The notes beneath the pieces are model-generated. The model worked only from the letters and a program-made list of their open reading frames with translations, was not told where the DNA came from and made no database searches. Below are positions 1 through 13,811 of a DNA stretch of 64,000 nt, one piece after another; the first letter of the stretch is position 1, and every line of letters starts with the position of its first letter. Made by a program: the position numbers and the translations under genes. The stretch lies in contig CT868041.1 of NCBI GenBank assembly GCA_000165425.1, positions 558,001-622,000 on the forward strand, given 5' to 3'. This stretch comes from Paramecium tetraurelia. Lineage: Eukaryota.

Positions 1-631
1 CCAGCTTTGGTCTTTGAAGCAAACAGTCCACCTTACCATGTTTTTGCCATCAATCTTCTTTTGTTTAAGACTTATCTTTCAGGACTAAATTGTTGCCTCC
101 TTTCAGGTGTTACTGAAGAATAGTGAGGCTTTGGAGTCTCTTCATCCAATTGCTTTGGACTTCTTGCTTAAGGACCATTGGAACTATGTTTTTATTTTGG
201 AACTTCACTCTTTGCATCTAACTTGGGCAATCTATTTAGTATTCTAAGACCATTTCCATAGTTTGCTATGTTTACCAACTTCTACTCTAAACAATAATAT
301 TTCTTTTAAGTACAAGGCTCATAATTAGAGATTTCTTGTTTCTTTATTCCTGGCAAGGAAGGCAAAGACACCTTTCCATTTTGCTTTGCCTCTTATTCTT
401 CATTCTTGTATCTTTTTTGGCCCAATTATTTTTATATTCTACTTTGATCTATTTAATCAGATTAAGGATGTCTCGGAGGTTTTAGGGAACTGTACTCTAA
501 AATTTAAATGCAATCACAATTAATAATATGGATAGTATGGTGAATTTATGAGGAAAGGTTGTGATACCTATCGATGAGCTCAGCTTTGGTTTTTGATCAG
601 ACTACTATAATTGTTAGCTTTATGCTAACAT
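1..631 (-). CDS. Hypothetical protein, 5' part (runs off window start)
   Basis: ATG at 631 (MLAQSQQLQQSDQKTKAELID..., code 6). Low-complexity S/P/K-rich coding continues to position 1; probable tiny introns. Confidence 0.6.
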
Positions 632-677
632 TTTAATTAATTATATTGATTAGATATTATATATATATATAACACAT

Positions 678-3600
678 TCATTTGTGTGCCTTAACGCCTT
701 TGAGGGCACCTGACTTCTTTGAAAATACTTCTTCAAATGCCTTGCTAGCTTGATTCTTGAATCTTTTATTGAGAGCCTAAAATTAGAGATATGAATTTAG
801 ATTACTTTCGGATTTAATTATATGAAAGCAAATGGTTCTGGTCTTCCTTTTACAGTTACATCACCACCAGCCTTTTATTTAGATTTAAACGTGGATCCAC
901 TTTCTTTTACCACATGAACAACATCCTTAGTTTTTCGATCATTTCTTGTTATTTTCTTTTGAGCATGCTCTTCATCATCACTATTCACAGCCTCTCTCCT
1001 ACGCTTCTAACCCAAAACCTCCTTCTATTCATTCACAATGACCTTACCATCCTTATACTCAACCAAAGGTTAAACTGTAGATTGCTTTTGTTATTCCTTC
1101 TCTTACACTTTCTTTTTTTGTTTTATTGCATCCTCAAAATGGAATTATTCTTTCTTAAAATCATACTTTAACAACAGATTGTTTTCAACTTCTGCTTCAG
1201 TTTCCATGCCACCTTACTATTATTTTGGCTTTGCATCTAATTCTTATTCAGATTCTTCATCACTTTCAAGATCAGAATCCTTTTGTTTTTTTTGTTTCTT
1301 TTCCTACCATTTCTATTTATTTAATTCTCTCTCCTAGTCTCTTTTGTTTTTCTTTTTTTTCTATTATCTCTCTATTTTTATAGCATTCTTATATAATTTA
1401 ATGTGCTCTTGTGGAATTAAACTTTCAGATGAAGGATATGCTTTACTAAGTTTCATTAACAATCTTTTTAAAATTATAATGTTCTTGTCTCTTGATACCT
1501 CATCCACATTAAGCAATTAAGTGAAAAGCTAATGAATTCAATGTATGTCTATGTTTGATCAATACCTTCACATATAATATAATGGATTTAAAAATCTCAT
1601 TATTTTATTCTTTTAACAATAATAAAATTAACTTAGACATCTCATCTATGAATTCTCCTTTCAAATTTGAGTAGAATTTATCAACTAATAGTGAAATTGT
1701 AGCCACAGCATCAGCTTTCATTACATTTGATTATGCTGCCAATCCTGCAAATACCATTGATATAAATTAGTCTAATAGATCCAATCCCAATAATCTCTAC
1801 CCAATATTTTCTATCAACTTTTCAGCCAAAATACGAGTCTTAATATTATTATCTCTAATTGCAACTACCATTTCAGGTAAGAACTACTAGATAAATGTTT
1901 AATAGCTATCTAATTTAGGTGTTACAAATTATTCCAATAGTAAAATTACTTAAAATCTTTTTTATCGAGAACTAGGCTCACATTCTGCTTCTAATACTAA
2001 GTTGTAAACCTCAGACAAGAAAGTATGATGCACTTTTGGCATTATTGCTCCTAAGAATTTATAAATCTTCTTCTAGATTATAGGTATATTAATCATCTCC
2101 TTAGCAAAATTAATGCAATAATCCCAAAGATCTGAAGTCATCTATTAGGCACTTACGACTTACAATACAATATCCATATTATTTAAAGCTCTATCATCTA
2201 ATTTATCTTTGGATGATAGTAACTTTTCTATGTTTTTCTTGAAGGCTTCTTAGATATAGGATTTTGGTGCTGCAAAACTCATTACTTTGATGCCATTTAA
2301 AGTGTGAGTGCAATTATTTTATTCAACTAATTTGGCCAAAGTGGAAATGTATTATTTGGCAAAATTTTATAATGATGGGAAAGTGACTAATTATGAAAAC
2401 AATTTGGCAATCATCAATAGGAGTTTTTCAAAAAATACATGCTCCTTTTTCAAATAGTTCAATGTTAATTCAATAAACTAACCCAATTTTTGGTGATGTT
2501 AAGATTCATTAGTGGCTTTCGAATTTGATGCTATTTCTAATACATGGAATAGAATATTTTGAATGATTTTTTATTCATGAGATGGATTTGCATTTGATGC
2601 TAAGGATAGTAAATTTGTTAATGGAAATAGAAAATCAAGGAATTCTTCCAACTTTGGATTTGCATATTTACTTAATATATACAGAATCCAACAATTAGAT
2701 TTTTCATCGAAATCTTTATCCAAAGGATTGACTCCATCTGTTTGAAGTGGAAATGTGCGTAATAAGTTAGACATGCTTACTCCAACGCATAATTGACCAA
2801 ATGTCTTCTCAAAATATACATGTGGCCATCTACTCTTATTATGTACAAACTCTTTCACTATTTCTTTGCAATGTTCAAATGTTTTATCATCAATTGTAGC
2901 AAAGAATTTAGCAAAAACATCAAGAATATTAGCATGATCAAATCTATTACTAAACAAATAAGTTAGAGTGGCTATGTATTTCTATTGCAATGTTCCTGCA
3001 CTTTCTAATTCCAAATTCATTATATCTTCGGCCAAATCTTGTTTAATAGAGAGAGTTGCTTTTCCAATTTTCTCAATTAAGGTCATCATCTCTAATCTAC
3101 AGTGTTGCATTAATTTCTAATTATTTTGTAAGAGTAATTCTGCCATGTTAGATAAAGTAGAGGGTAAATAAGATGCAGCCAATGACAAAGAACTCTAACT
3201 CAATGTAAGTAAACACTATCTAATACATTAAATATAAGCATGTTATGCATTAACTTCTTCTGGTTGTATTTGATTTAATTATTATAACAGTTTTTCAGCT
3301 TAATCTGCTCCAACATTTTGTTAAAGTACTTACTAATTATTTATAATCTAAATATACCTCTAAAGACAGAAAAATAAATGGATAATATTTGCTATCCATA
3401 TTTTAAATCTCTTCAATTATTATATACAAGGCATCAACTAGAATAGAATAAGGAATAAGATTATTAAGAGATGCTAATAGTGTGAGTGAATGTTATGCAC
3501 ATTCATTATTTTCTTGTAAATTTGATTTGAAATGAGTTCTCAACCTTTCATTTATTTCAGGAACTTATTAAATATCCAAAGCTTTTTATTAATAAAAGAC

Positions 3601-4096
3601 TTATAATGTTTTGATTGCCTATTTTCTCAGCTTTTTCTTATCACTTATTGTTTACTACAATAATAGATTGAATAATTGATGAATTTTTGGAGAGTTTAAG
3701 TCCTTAATTAGAGAGTATAAAATACATCTTTGGAGGATAGAATCAAAATTTAACCAAAAACACCCAAACTTAGATTATCTAATTAGACTTTTCCTATTTC
3801 TTCCAATAAAGCAGGAATTAACTTTCTTACTACGACAATTGGAACTGATGGCAATATCTATATTTGATATATGGGATGATTACTTTATAAATCAGTAAAA
3901 TGATCGCTTCTTAACCATCTTTTGTAGATTTCAATAAATTAATCAATTAAGCAATATATGCTGTAGGATTAGTTCTTTATTCAAGGTTAAGGTTGTTTTC
4001 AATGGACTATAAGAGTATTAATCCTTTATCATTTTAAGGTGAGCTTTTTTATCGTAATTTTGCGTAGAGTTAATCCTTGAATGTCTCGACTTACAT
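678..4096 (-). CDS. RRP12: RRP12-like ribosome biogenesis HEAT-repeat protein
   Basis: Starts MQVETFKDQLYAKLR; N-terminal NPTAYIAQL. C-terminal KAGGDVTVKGRPEPFAFIQLNPK/ALNKR matches the RRP12 tail. TGA at 678-680; several tiny introns. Confidence 0.85.
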
Positions 4097-4138
4097 AAAT
4101 TAAAAAATTAATTTTCTTAAAAAAAACACATTAAAAAT

Positions 4139-6109
4139 TCATTAAATGAATGACCAATCATCCAATCTAGGGTTCGATTAGGGCTGATCTCCAAATTTCA
4201 TCTATTAATAAATAATACATTAAATTTACATCAATTTCCTCCTTTTCCCATTACTTAGATCTATTCTTTTCAATAAACGGACCATCCTCAACCTTATTCA
4301 TGATGTTATCCCAATTAACATCCTTAAAAAAAGCATGTTTTTTTAAATCTTCAGCATCATTCTTTGATCCAAGTCTTTATGCAGGATCTCTAATTAATAG
4401 TCCTTTAATCAATTCTCTGGCATCCTGACTCATGTGTTTTGGAATTTTGAGAACTCCCTTCTTAATATTCTCAAACAATTGTTCCCTATTTTAATGGTAA
4501 TAAGGTGGCAATCCGACTATCATTTCGTATAACAGAACCCCAACCAGATACCAATCAACAGTTCTTGAATGTCCCTTTTTCATAAGTACTTCAGGTGACA
4601 AATAAGCAATTGATCCACAAAAACTCTTTGTGATATTGTCATAAATCCCTTCTTTAGATAATCCAAAGTCTGTTAATCTAGCATGACCTTTAGAATCCAA
4701 AACAACATTATCAGGTTTCAAATCTCTAAAAATAATGCAGTTCTTATGAAGTGATTCTAATGCTAAGATAATTTCGCAAATGTAAAATCTGGCAATCTCT
4801 TCACTCAATTTAACTTGTTTTGTTAATAATTATCCTAGATCTCCTCCTGGACAGAAATCCAATACCATGAACAACTTTTAAGAATTTTAAAAAGCAGCAT
4901 GCAATCTCACAATAAATGGATGTCTCATTACACTTAGTACATTCTTTTCAGTTTGAGCATAACGAGTTAGGTTCTTTGAAAATACCCTTTCCTTACACAG
5001 TGTTTTGATTGCGAATCCTTCTCCATCTGATTTTCTGGTCGCATAATAGACTTCTCCAAAGCTTCCTTTACCTAACAATTTGTGAAAGATGTAACCTTCA
5101 GGGGAACATACCTGAGATTAAATGAATTTAAGATACATTCACACTAATTTCTTGAAAAGGAGCAGATGCAATTGGTTCTATTTGAATTGCTAAATTATTA
5201 GTTTATTATTATTATTATTGATTCTGTTTTAAGATTTCAATTTTCTATAAATCATTTACTTTTCCCAACAATCTTTCAATGTGATCAGATCGAGAGTTCT
5301 TGACAACAAAACCCCCAAATTATGATCTCTATGAATATCCTCCTATTTCAGGCTAAAACCTTTGAAGTATTGCTCTTACTTCATTGGACATTGTGACGTC
5401 AAATGGTGTCTTTAAATGGGAATTCTTCAACAAAGCTAAAAGTCTTTCATTTAAATAGGTTACCATCAGCACCATTTGCAACTAGAAATTCTACAATTTT
5501 GATTTGATTCAGTTCAGCACTGATATGCAATGGAGTATTATTATCAGAGTCTTAACTATTCACATTTACCTTATACTAAATTAGTAATTCAACGATTTCC
5601 AGGGATCCTCTCAGACAGGCCAAATGTAAAGGTGCTCTTTTCATTTGAGTGCATAAATTAGGATTCGCTTTTGCTTCCAATAACAGTTGGACTATATTTG
5701 TTCTTCTATTATTGATAGCATGATGAAGAGCAGTCCAATCATCCAGTCCTTTGCAATCTATATTGATAAGTCCGATAAATTCCTAATAATCGTCTCCAAT
5801 CATGCTGTTCGTGGTCGATTTGAGTTACAATTAAACCTATTATTTTAGATCTTTTTGGTCCTTTAGAAGCATGTTAACCACATCTTCTTCTCCTTTTTCA
5901 CAAGCATCATATAGCTTTTCATTGATTTCTTCAATTTTATTCCAAAAATTCTGCCATCTGTTTTTCTTCACATTTACAGTAGTATATTGTGAATATTCAA
6001 TGTCCAATTCTCCAAAATTGTTAACACTATATGTATCACCAGTATCAAGGTTTTTGATGAATTGACAGGGATCAATATCATCACCATCATCATCTAAATT
6101 TTGTTTCAT
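4139..6109 (-). CDS. Ankyrin-repeat AGC-group (S6K/RSK-like) Ser/Thr kinase
   Basis: Ankyrin repeats (DWTALHHA, RAPLHLAC, NTPLHISA). Kinase motifs GKGSFG, FRDLKPDN, DFG, FCGSIAYLSPE. C-terminal hydrophobic motif DDWSFIQ*. Confidence 0.9.
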
Positions 6110-6134
6110 AATTATAATTAGATAAATAATATAA

Positions 6135-7262
6135 TCAAGATAAATAAATTAAAATGAAGGAGATATCTTCAATTTTAACCACTTCATTATTGTTATAATA
6201 GGTTTCCCATTTCCTTTTACAATAATTCAATATAGAATTTGCCAACTCTTCAATTTGTTTTTATTGAGTTATCAGTCTAACCTGATCCAATTAAGCCATG
6301 ATATCCTAATAACTCATCACATCCCACAAACCACAAGTCCCAATAATCAGAAATCCTTCCTATTTTATTTAGAATGTCTGAAACCCCGATTCTGCTGTTA
6401 TCCCTATTTTCTTCCCTATTGAATCTCCCAAAGATCTGGTAGTATACAACTACGGTATATTTTGATCCTACAAAAAGACGTAATAGGGTCCTTATTTTTT
6501 ATTAGTAAATTCATTTCTCAACTATCTGATTTATCCTCCACTTTTAAGTATTCTGAAACATTCTTAATTGTGAGATAATTTATGATCTTAGGATAACTCT
6601 TTATGTTACCATTACTATAGAGATTTAGAAAAGAAAACTGCTTTGGAATTGCCAATATTTTAACATATGATTTTGTCACCATTAATGAATATTGCTATTA
6701 AAGTTGTTCCACTCAACATTAGATTGAACTCATCATTAAACTGCATTTCTTTTTCAATATCCAAAGTGCATTGATTCATCAATTTAATGTTTTAGGATTG
6801 ATGATCTCCAAAAAACAATGAAATTCTTAATTTTCTTTTGTATTAATGTGCGACATAATTGGAAACGAGATGGCCATCAGGACCGTGTCCATCGCAAATG
6901 CCGAACAAATACTGATCTTCATTGTCATTATAATTAGTAGAATAGAATATGCAGTCTTAATTATTATCGATGTTGTTGTCTATCCCTTGGAGTGTTCTAA
7001 ATAAGATGAGGTGCTTAGTTACCTTATTGTGAAGAATTTAACACAATCATTTATGTAATCTGGTTCTGTTTTCAGCGGATGGAACTTTTTGCTGGTGTAA
7101 CGGTACTTAGAAACTTAGGGCAGCTTCTATTTCTATTGAGTTGATCTCAAGGACTTGAGAGAACTCGTCTACTTATTGGTTTTTCTGAGAAGAATGCTCA
7201 TTAATATGAATTAATTACTTTTGAGTATTATTATTAATTACTACCCCCCACCTGATGTTCAT
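6135..7262 (-). CDS. PP2C/PPM-family protein, probably catalytically impaired
   Basis: Motifs NQD, FGICDGHG, SGTT, NIGNSKA, DHK, TRSLGD, GTCGLWD, EDIS. Two tiny introns near the 5' end; alternative ATG at 7201. Confidence 0.85.
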
Positions 7263-7294
7263 TTTCTTTGTTTATATTTAAATATCATTAATAA

Positions 7295-8595
7295 ATGTCA
7301 GAGGATATTAAGACAAGAGCATTAAACTATTTGAATTGTCCACTTGGAGATATGCATGAAGGAGAGCAATTGAATTTTGTTTGTATTGATTCGACTTGCA
7401 AAGAAATGGGTCTCATATGTCCAGTTTGTAGATCATAAAAACATGCGAAACATAAAGTGATTCCATTAAAGATATTCCTTGCAGACATTTCTGTTAACGT
7501 GAATGGAAAACAGAATTAAAATTCTATTGACTCCTTATTGACTCAGCTTGATTAAACGCGTGCCAGATTGTTATCAACTCTCAAGGAGACTGTGCAGAAA
7601 ATGGTTTTGTATATAATATAATACTACTATAAGATAAATAAAAATACTGGAAGATTAAATTAATTTGAGTCACAAGAATACTAGACAACGATTGTTGGAA
7701 TAAAATTAAACATAAATGAATTTCCCATAGATATTTTAGTAAATTCTCAATAGTCAATACAAAAATGTTGATCAACTCAAATAGGATGTGAGAAAGATTA
7801 TAGATAACGTTAGTTAATTGTAGGCTGGAAAAATTGAGATTGACTTCAAACCATAGAAATTATATGATTAATATTAAAAAGCTGTAATCTAATTAACACT
7901 ATATATTTTAGTCTTAAGAATCAATCAGTCAATTTAATTAATTGCTTACGTAATTCAAATAATCGCTTTACAAAATATTTAAACCTATTGAAAAATACAC
8001 TGTACCATTACAAGCATCAAATTCCACCAATTTTACATTCAGCACTGTTCTTAAATCTCCAACCATAAATATTACAGAGTAAAAGATTGCTCATCAAACT
8101 GCAAATCAGAATAGCGAAAACAGGTTCATTCTAATTGAACCTCAAATAGTAGAATCATGTAAAATTGCCATTAAGATTTCAAATCTAAGCAACTTCATTG
8201 GAATAGGAATTGCGTATAAAAATGTACTTTTGGGGAAGAAGTAAAAAAAGTATTATAACTTTTAAGTATGAAATTTGATCATCAAAATTTGGGACACGGC
8301 TCTTACATGATTTCTTCAAATGCACACACTTGGTCTCATTCTAAGAAAGAAGAGAATATGGTCTAGAAAGCCTTCAATTTTACAACTGGTGATATTATTA
8401 TTGTAGAAATCATGTTGGAGAATAAGGTAGAATCTTTCTCAAATTTAGACACTCAAATTTACATGTAAAAATAAACCAAATGAAACTCAAGCTATAAATT
8501 TGACATTTGATAATCCAGACAATGATGATATTCATTTCTGTGTCAATATGTGTTATTCTGGAGAGAAAGTGGAAATCCTAGATGATTTAGAATGA
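7295..8595 (+). CDS. B-box-like Zn finger / coiled-coil / SPRY-like protein
   Basis: N-terminal C-x4-H...C-x4-C...CPVC...H-x2-H. Central helical region. C-terminal IGIGIA, GHGSYMISSN, FTTGDIIIV (SPRY-like). TGA at 8593-8595. Confidence 0.7.
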
Positions 8596-8640
8596 TTGTA
8601 ATCTAAGTAAAATTTATATAATATTAAATATTTAATCAAT

Positions 8641-10768
8641 ATGTAATAATAAAAAGAATATATTCCAATAGTTTTAATTGAAGATAAGATTAAATAATAG
8701 AAATTTGAAACGGAATTTACAGAAGAAAAGTATTAACATATTTATATATTTTCCTATTTAGACTGCCTTTAATTGAATCCGTAATTCAAACAAACAAAAT
8801 CAGTACCCAAATCATAAACTCAAGAACCTCCCCCATTAAAAATATTATCCCGAATGGCCTCAAGCCCATTGTTTTCCCAAACATTCTCTAAAAAACCAAA
8901 GATGATATGATTAAATTGAGAAAACATTAATTGGCTTAATTGAACTTTGAGAATGATTAACCTCCAATTACAATGAATATTAAAACAACCAGACCCAGAA
9001 AAACTGAAAGGGATAAATCCACCCAAAAAATGTATACTTAGGCTTCAAAGAATTCTTGCAACAAACCCATAATAACCGAACTAACCACTCTTGCTAGAGA
9101 CAATTATAGTGCTTCTCCAAGGTCAGACTCATTCAAATTTAGGAGTTTAAGCCCAGATATTGAAAGTTAGTTATGGTAAGTTAACAACAAAATAAATCGA
9201 ATTAATAAAGCTTACGAAATTAAAAAAGAAATCCATCATTTAGAACGCTTTAAGACTTAATGGAAGATCGATGTAGTCTAATAAACATTACAATAAAAAA
9301 TAGTTCAAGTGGGATTAAACACAAAGAAAGGGTTAAGATCTATTTTCATTTTAATCTATTTACCGCATTCGAATATTCATTTGAGAAGTTCCTAAACTGA
9401 AGCCAAATAAATGTAATTATTACCCATACCTATTATGTAGAACAAATGAAGTGGAATTAAGTGTATTCCCCTATTTCACACCAGTTTATGAGAAGATAAT
9501 TAATGAAAAAGAAATTAGTGAAAATTACAAAGAATGGTTCTCCTATTTTCTTGATATTCTTCATTACAAAAGCTACATTCCTAAGGCCAGAACCTTTACT
9601 TTAGATGGCATTGAGATTTCAGCATTAAATTAAATCCCAACTTATGAAAAGTTTTTGTATATCCAACTATAAGTAATGATTGAATTAATAGATAGGGTTA
9701 ATTTGATTTTTGGAGTATTATGAAATAACAATTAAGTCTATCTGGTGAGTTTTAAGTTGATAAATATCCAAAATTGGCCATCAAATTATTAGATCTTAGG
9801 AATAAAGAGGAAGTTCGCAGATTTTTCAGTAAAAGGGAAAATTTGTTGCCATTTTATTTTCGATAACTTCAAGTGGGTAGTTAAACTTCAATTCCTTCTC
9901 AATATTATATTGAAATAGAAAATAATATTAGAGAACCTGATGAGGAGATGTTCGAATAATCAATCATCTAGATGAACGAAAAGGAATAAGACACTTATTT
10001 AAAAGTATTGTAACAATACATTCATTCGAATAAATCAAAATATTCGAATAAATTAAAGAATTTAGAGGAGAACATGAGATAGCGATTAAAGAAGATCAAA
10101 GCCATGAGGAGATAGTCTATCCATATCAAACTGAAGACAGTACTTTAATTTAAATATATAAGAAAAAATTTATTAGACCTGAGGAGGAAGAGCATTTTGA
10201 GAGGAAATTATTGTATGAGGATGAAAAATCAATAGAAGAAATTAAGGAGGATGCTTATGATCATATATTTCCTTAAAATACACATATATTTAAAAAGAAG
10301 TCTAAATAAATAACATCAGTTGACGACCCTTTTGAATCTCTCAGAGCCAAAGATAACTAGAAGTTTAGGGAGATCTTGCAATTAATTAATGTGGAGAAAA
10401 TAGTCTTAGAAAAGAATTTATCAAGACAAGATGTTTATCATTACTTGTCACTTTTTAAGGCTTTGATGGATTCAGATGCTCCATAGAAAATCAAGGATGT
10501 CAACTATCCCACTCTCTTTATTTCACTTGATTAATTACGCAGGGGTGTTCCGTTTATCGCATTGTACAAGAATAAAGTTAATACGAAGAAACTAGCAGAA
10601 GTGTACAGTAGAAAATACAATTATTGCGAATTCATGGAATTTTTGGATATTTTCACTACTGATTACAAGGTGACAGAGGAGGAGTTGTAAGAGGTGGAGT
10701 AAGAAATAATATATTCTTAATCGAAGAGCCAAACAGCATCTTTTGTATAATAGAATAAGCAGCTATGA
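8641..10768 (+). CDS. Hypothetical protein with possible degenerate C-terminal EF-hand-like region
   Basis: Long code-6 frame from MQQQKEYIPIVL with tiny introns; ISLDQLRRG and CEFMEFLDIF near the C-terminus. 3' end uncertain. Confidence 0.6.
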
Positions 10769-10858
10769 ATTGGAGAATCAAAAAATGAAAAATATATTGA
10801 TAAATCTTCGAATTAATTAATTTTAAAACACCAATAAATTATTAAAGATTGATTATTA

Positions 10859-12521
10859 TCATTAAGTGAATTTATTTTATTAAGCTGGCGTTTATTTTCG
10901 TTGATTATTGATTGAATATTTATTGACTTCATGAATCTAACAAATTTCTTCCTAAATAACTTCGAAATCTTAGTGATCTTCTTCAATTGCAATTTTGCAT
11001 GGGTTTTGTACTTGTAAGGAATTTGATTGAGTTCTTTAAGGTGTAACATCTAAGGGTGGATTATATAAAATACTTGATGATCCGGATAAAGAAAGATTTG
11101 AAATAGATTGGTTTAGCAGTTAATTCATTATTGGGCTCCTTGCAAAGATGTCAGGGTAGTGCTGAAATTATGGAATCATGCTGGTTGGCATATATAATTA
11201 AGGAGGGCTCATCTGATAGACAGGAGTGAAACACTTCATAAACCAAGGGTGACATAGAGCTTGTTTAGCAGTATACCTAGATTATGGATTTGGGGATAAC
11301 ATTATCATCAAAAGCTGCAAAGCTAAAGTTAATTTAAAAAATGCACCTTCAGGACTAATCTTCTATTATAAATTATTGATGGTGTAATCTATCTCGCAAT
11401 TGTAATTTTTGATGACAAGTTCGTTTTTTGATTTAGTTTGAAATGGAGATTGTCCACTCAACCTTATATTTATAAATCTTCACTTACATTATAAACATTA
11501 AAATTCCTGCACTGAACACGTCGACTTTGTAATCATAGTTTTTCTCTTGCAATATCTCAGGAGCTACGTAGCCTGGTGTTCCACATCGTTTGAATAAGTA
11601 TTTGCCCTCTGGATTGTAATAGTCAGCCAAACCGAAATCTGCAATATTTACATCAGAAGCATTGAGTGGGGAACGAAGAATTAAATTTTCTGGCTTATTT
11701 TATCTTTAAACATCATACTTTTATATCTCTATGAATAATGCCTTGGGAGTGTAGATAATCTAAAGAATTAAGTAAGTTATGCATTAACAATGCCACTTGA
11801 ATTTCGTTAAACCCCTAGGGTTAATTTCGAAGATACTGAAATAATTCCCCACCTTCTAAATAATCTGTCACCAACCATATATGATGTTCAGTCTCATAAA
11901 CTTCGTATAATCTGATGATCCCTGGGAATTGGATTTTCCTCATGATGCTGATCTCTAATTTTAGAGCATCCTAAAATTTTATAAAAACCAAAATTACTCT
12001 CTCCAGGGTGAGGTTTTTGAAGCTTTTCTTCTCGAATGACTTCACAGCATATGCGAAACTGTCCCTTCCGATTGCCTTGTAGACCTAAGAATCAAAAACA
12101 ATTAGTTTACTTTAGCAAAATTTCCTTATCCTTAAACTTTCAATAGTTTATAATCTTCATTAAAAGATCTTTAAATAGCGTATTTCTTGATCAACTAAAA
12201 CCATATTTAGTATTCTTATTCATTAGTAGTAAATTCGATTTATTTTTTATTTCTGCTTAGTCTAAATGTAAATGGCTAGTTAGTTTATTCTAAAATAATG
12301 TTGTTGAGATCAATATGCCTTTTGTAAGTATTATCAAACTCTACCAAATATTCATTAGATATGAAAAACTTTCCTTTTTTTATTGATTAAGAATTTGTTT
12401 TTTTCATTGTCAATACGCTTGATATTTGATATATTTTAAAGTCGGGTTTAGATTTTTACCATAACGGTTTGTTGGGCTCATCAAATAACGAAATAAAGTT
12501 ATTGTTGCTCTCTCTATTCAT
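10859..12521 (-). CDS. CAMK-group Ser/Thr kinase with N-terminal PH-like region
   Basis: GQGNFAK, HRDIK/PENL, IADFGL, CGTPGYVAPE, DVFSAG; multiple tiny introns. ATG at 12521, TGA at 10859-10861. Confidence 0.9.
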
Positions 12522-12599
12522 TGCAAATAATTATGAGATGATTTATTAATAAAAATAAAATGATATTAGGTTATATTATATCACTGAAATAGTATGACA

Positions 12600-13679
12600 T
12601 CACCAACCTTTTGTTTTTTCCATCAACTCTGGACCAAATTTTTATTTATATTTATAAAAACATGAAATATGTTAAAGTAAAATTTAAAAATCTAATTGTT
12701 TGACTTAGATGTGATAGAAGATTTTAATTTTTATCAACATTTCCAAACGAACACAACAGACTTCCATTTTATCCATAGATGAAAATAGATTTCAAAAATC
12801 AGTACTAATTTAACAAATCAAATACCTTACTGGCAATGTCTCCTTAAATCTCACTGCTAAATGCTTGGATGACGTCTTTTATTGACAAGAAACTCAACTT
12901 CATAATTATTGAAAAATATTCCAATTATTTTAAATTTGCTTACAAAATCATTCCATTGGGATATAATTTAATATAAATTAAAAAATTATATTCCATCTAT
13001 TAAATTGATCTGCCTTGACAAAATGATTAATTATCAAATTTAATTTTAAGGAAAAGCCTTCTTTCTGTTATAACCTTAATAAACTTATAATTTCTCCTTT
13101 ATTTTTATTCAACCAACATTTACACTGCTAAATGGAAATCTCAAATTCTGTATTAATAATTTTCATCTTAAAGAATTATTTTCCCATTCAAAACCCTATT
13201 AGAAACACCAACCTGTTGATTTTTTTTTCATTACCTATTATGAATTGTTGTCTAAAAGCCTTCTCAAATCATTTATTTAAAAAGGTTTCTCTTCAGATTG
13301 TCCTCCATTCTAAGGCCATATTAAGATATGTGGATTCTGTCTACCGTAATCCATCTTAATATGAGCCCTCTCCCCTAATTCTAAAAACACCAGGTGCTCG
13401 ACTAAATTTAATTTAAAAATACTAGCCTCTTTTTTCTTAACTTTCTCAAATTGCTTAAAACTCAAAGCACCATAAATATACTTGCATTCCCCCCTGTTTG
13501 AAGGCTAAGATGATCCAACTATTATATTACTATTATTGAGATAAAATTTAATATATAAAATGACATCTATAATTGGAAGTTCCCTTTTACATATAGTAAT
13601 AAATCTAAGATTACATCACTACCCTTTCTGCGTCGTAAAAGGAATTGAAGAACTTGAAATAGATTATTAGAAAATTCAT
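12600..13679 (-). pseudogene. Putative decayed gene or short uncharacterised ORF
   Basis: About 170 open codons from ATG ~13679, then coding-like sequence interrupted by several TGA. No family recognised. Confidence 0.3.
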
Positions 13680-13736
13680 TAAATAGAAAAATATTATCCC
13701 TTTAATAAGCCCTAACAGCTCTAGTTATTATCCATT

Positions 13737-13809
13737 GATCGCGTGGTGTAGGGGTTATCACGCGTCCCTAACAAGGACGAGGCCGCCAGTTCGAGACTGG
13801 CCGTGATCA
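13737..13809 (+). tRNA. tRNA-Val (anticodon AAC)
   Basis: Acceptor stem GATCGCG/CGTGATC plus discriminator A; anticodon stem CGTCC/GGACG with loop CT-AAC-AA; T-loop GTTCGAG; 73 nt. Confidence 0.95.
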
Positions 13810-13811
13810 TG

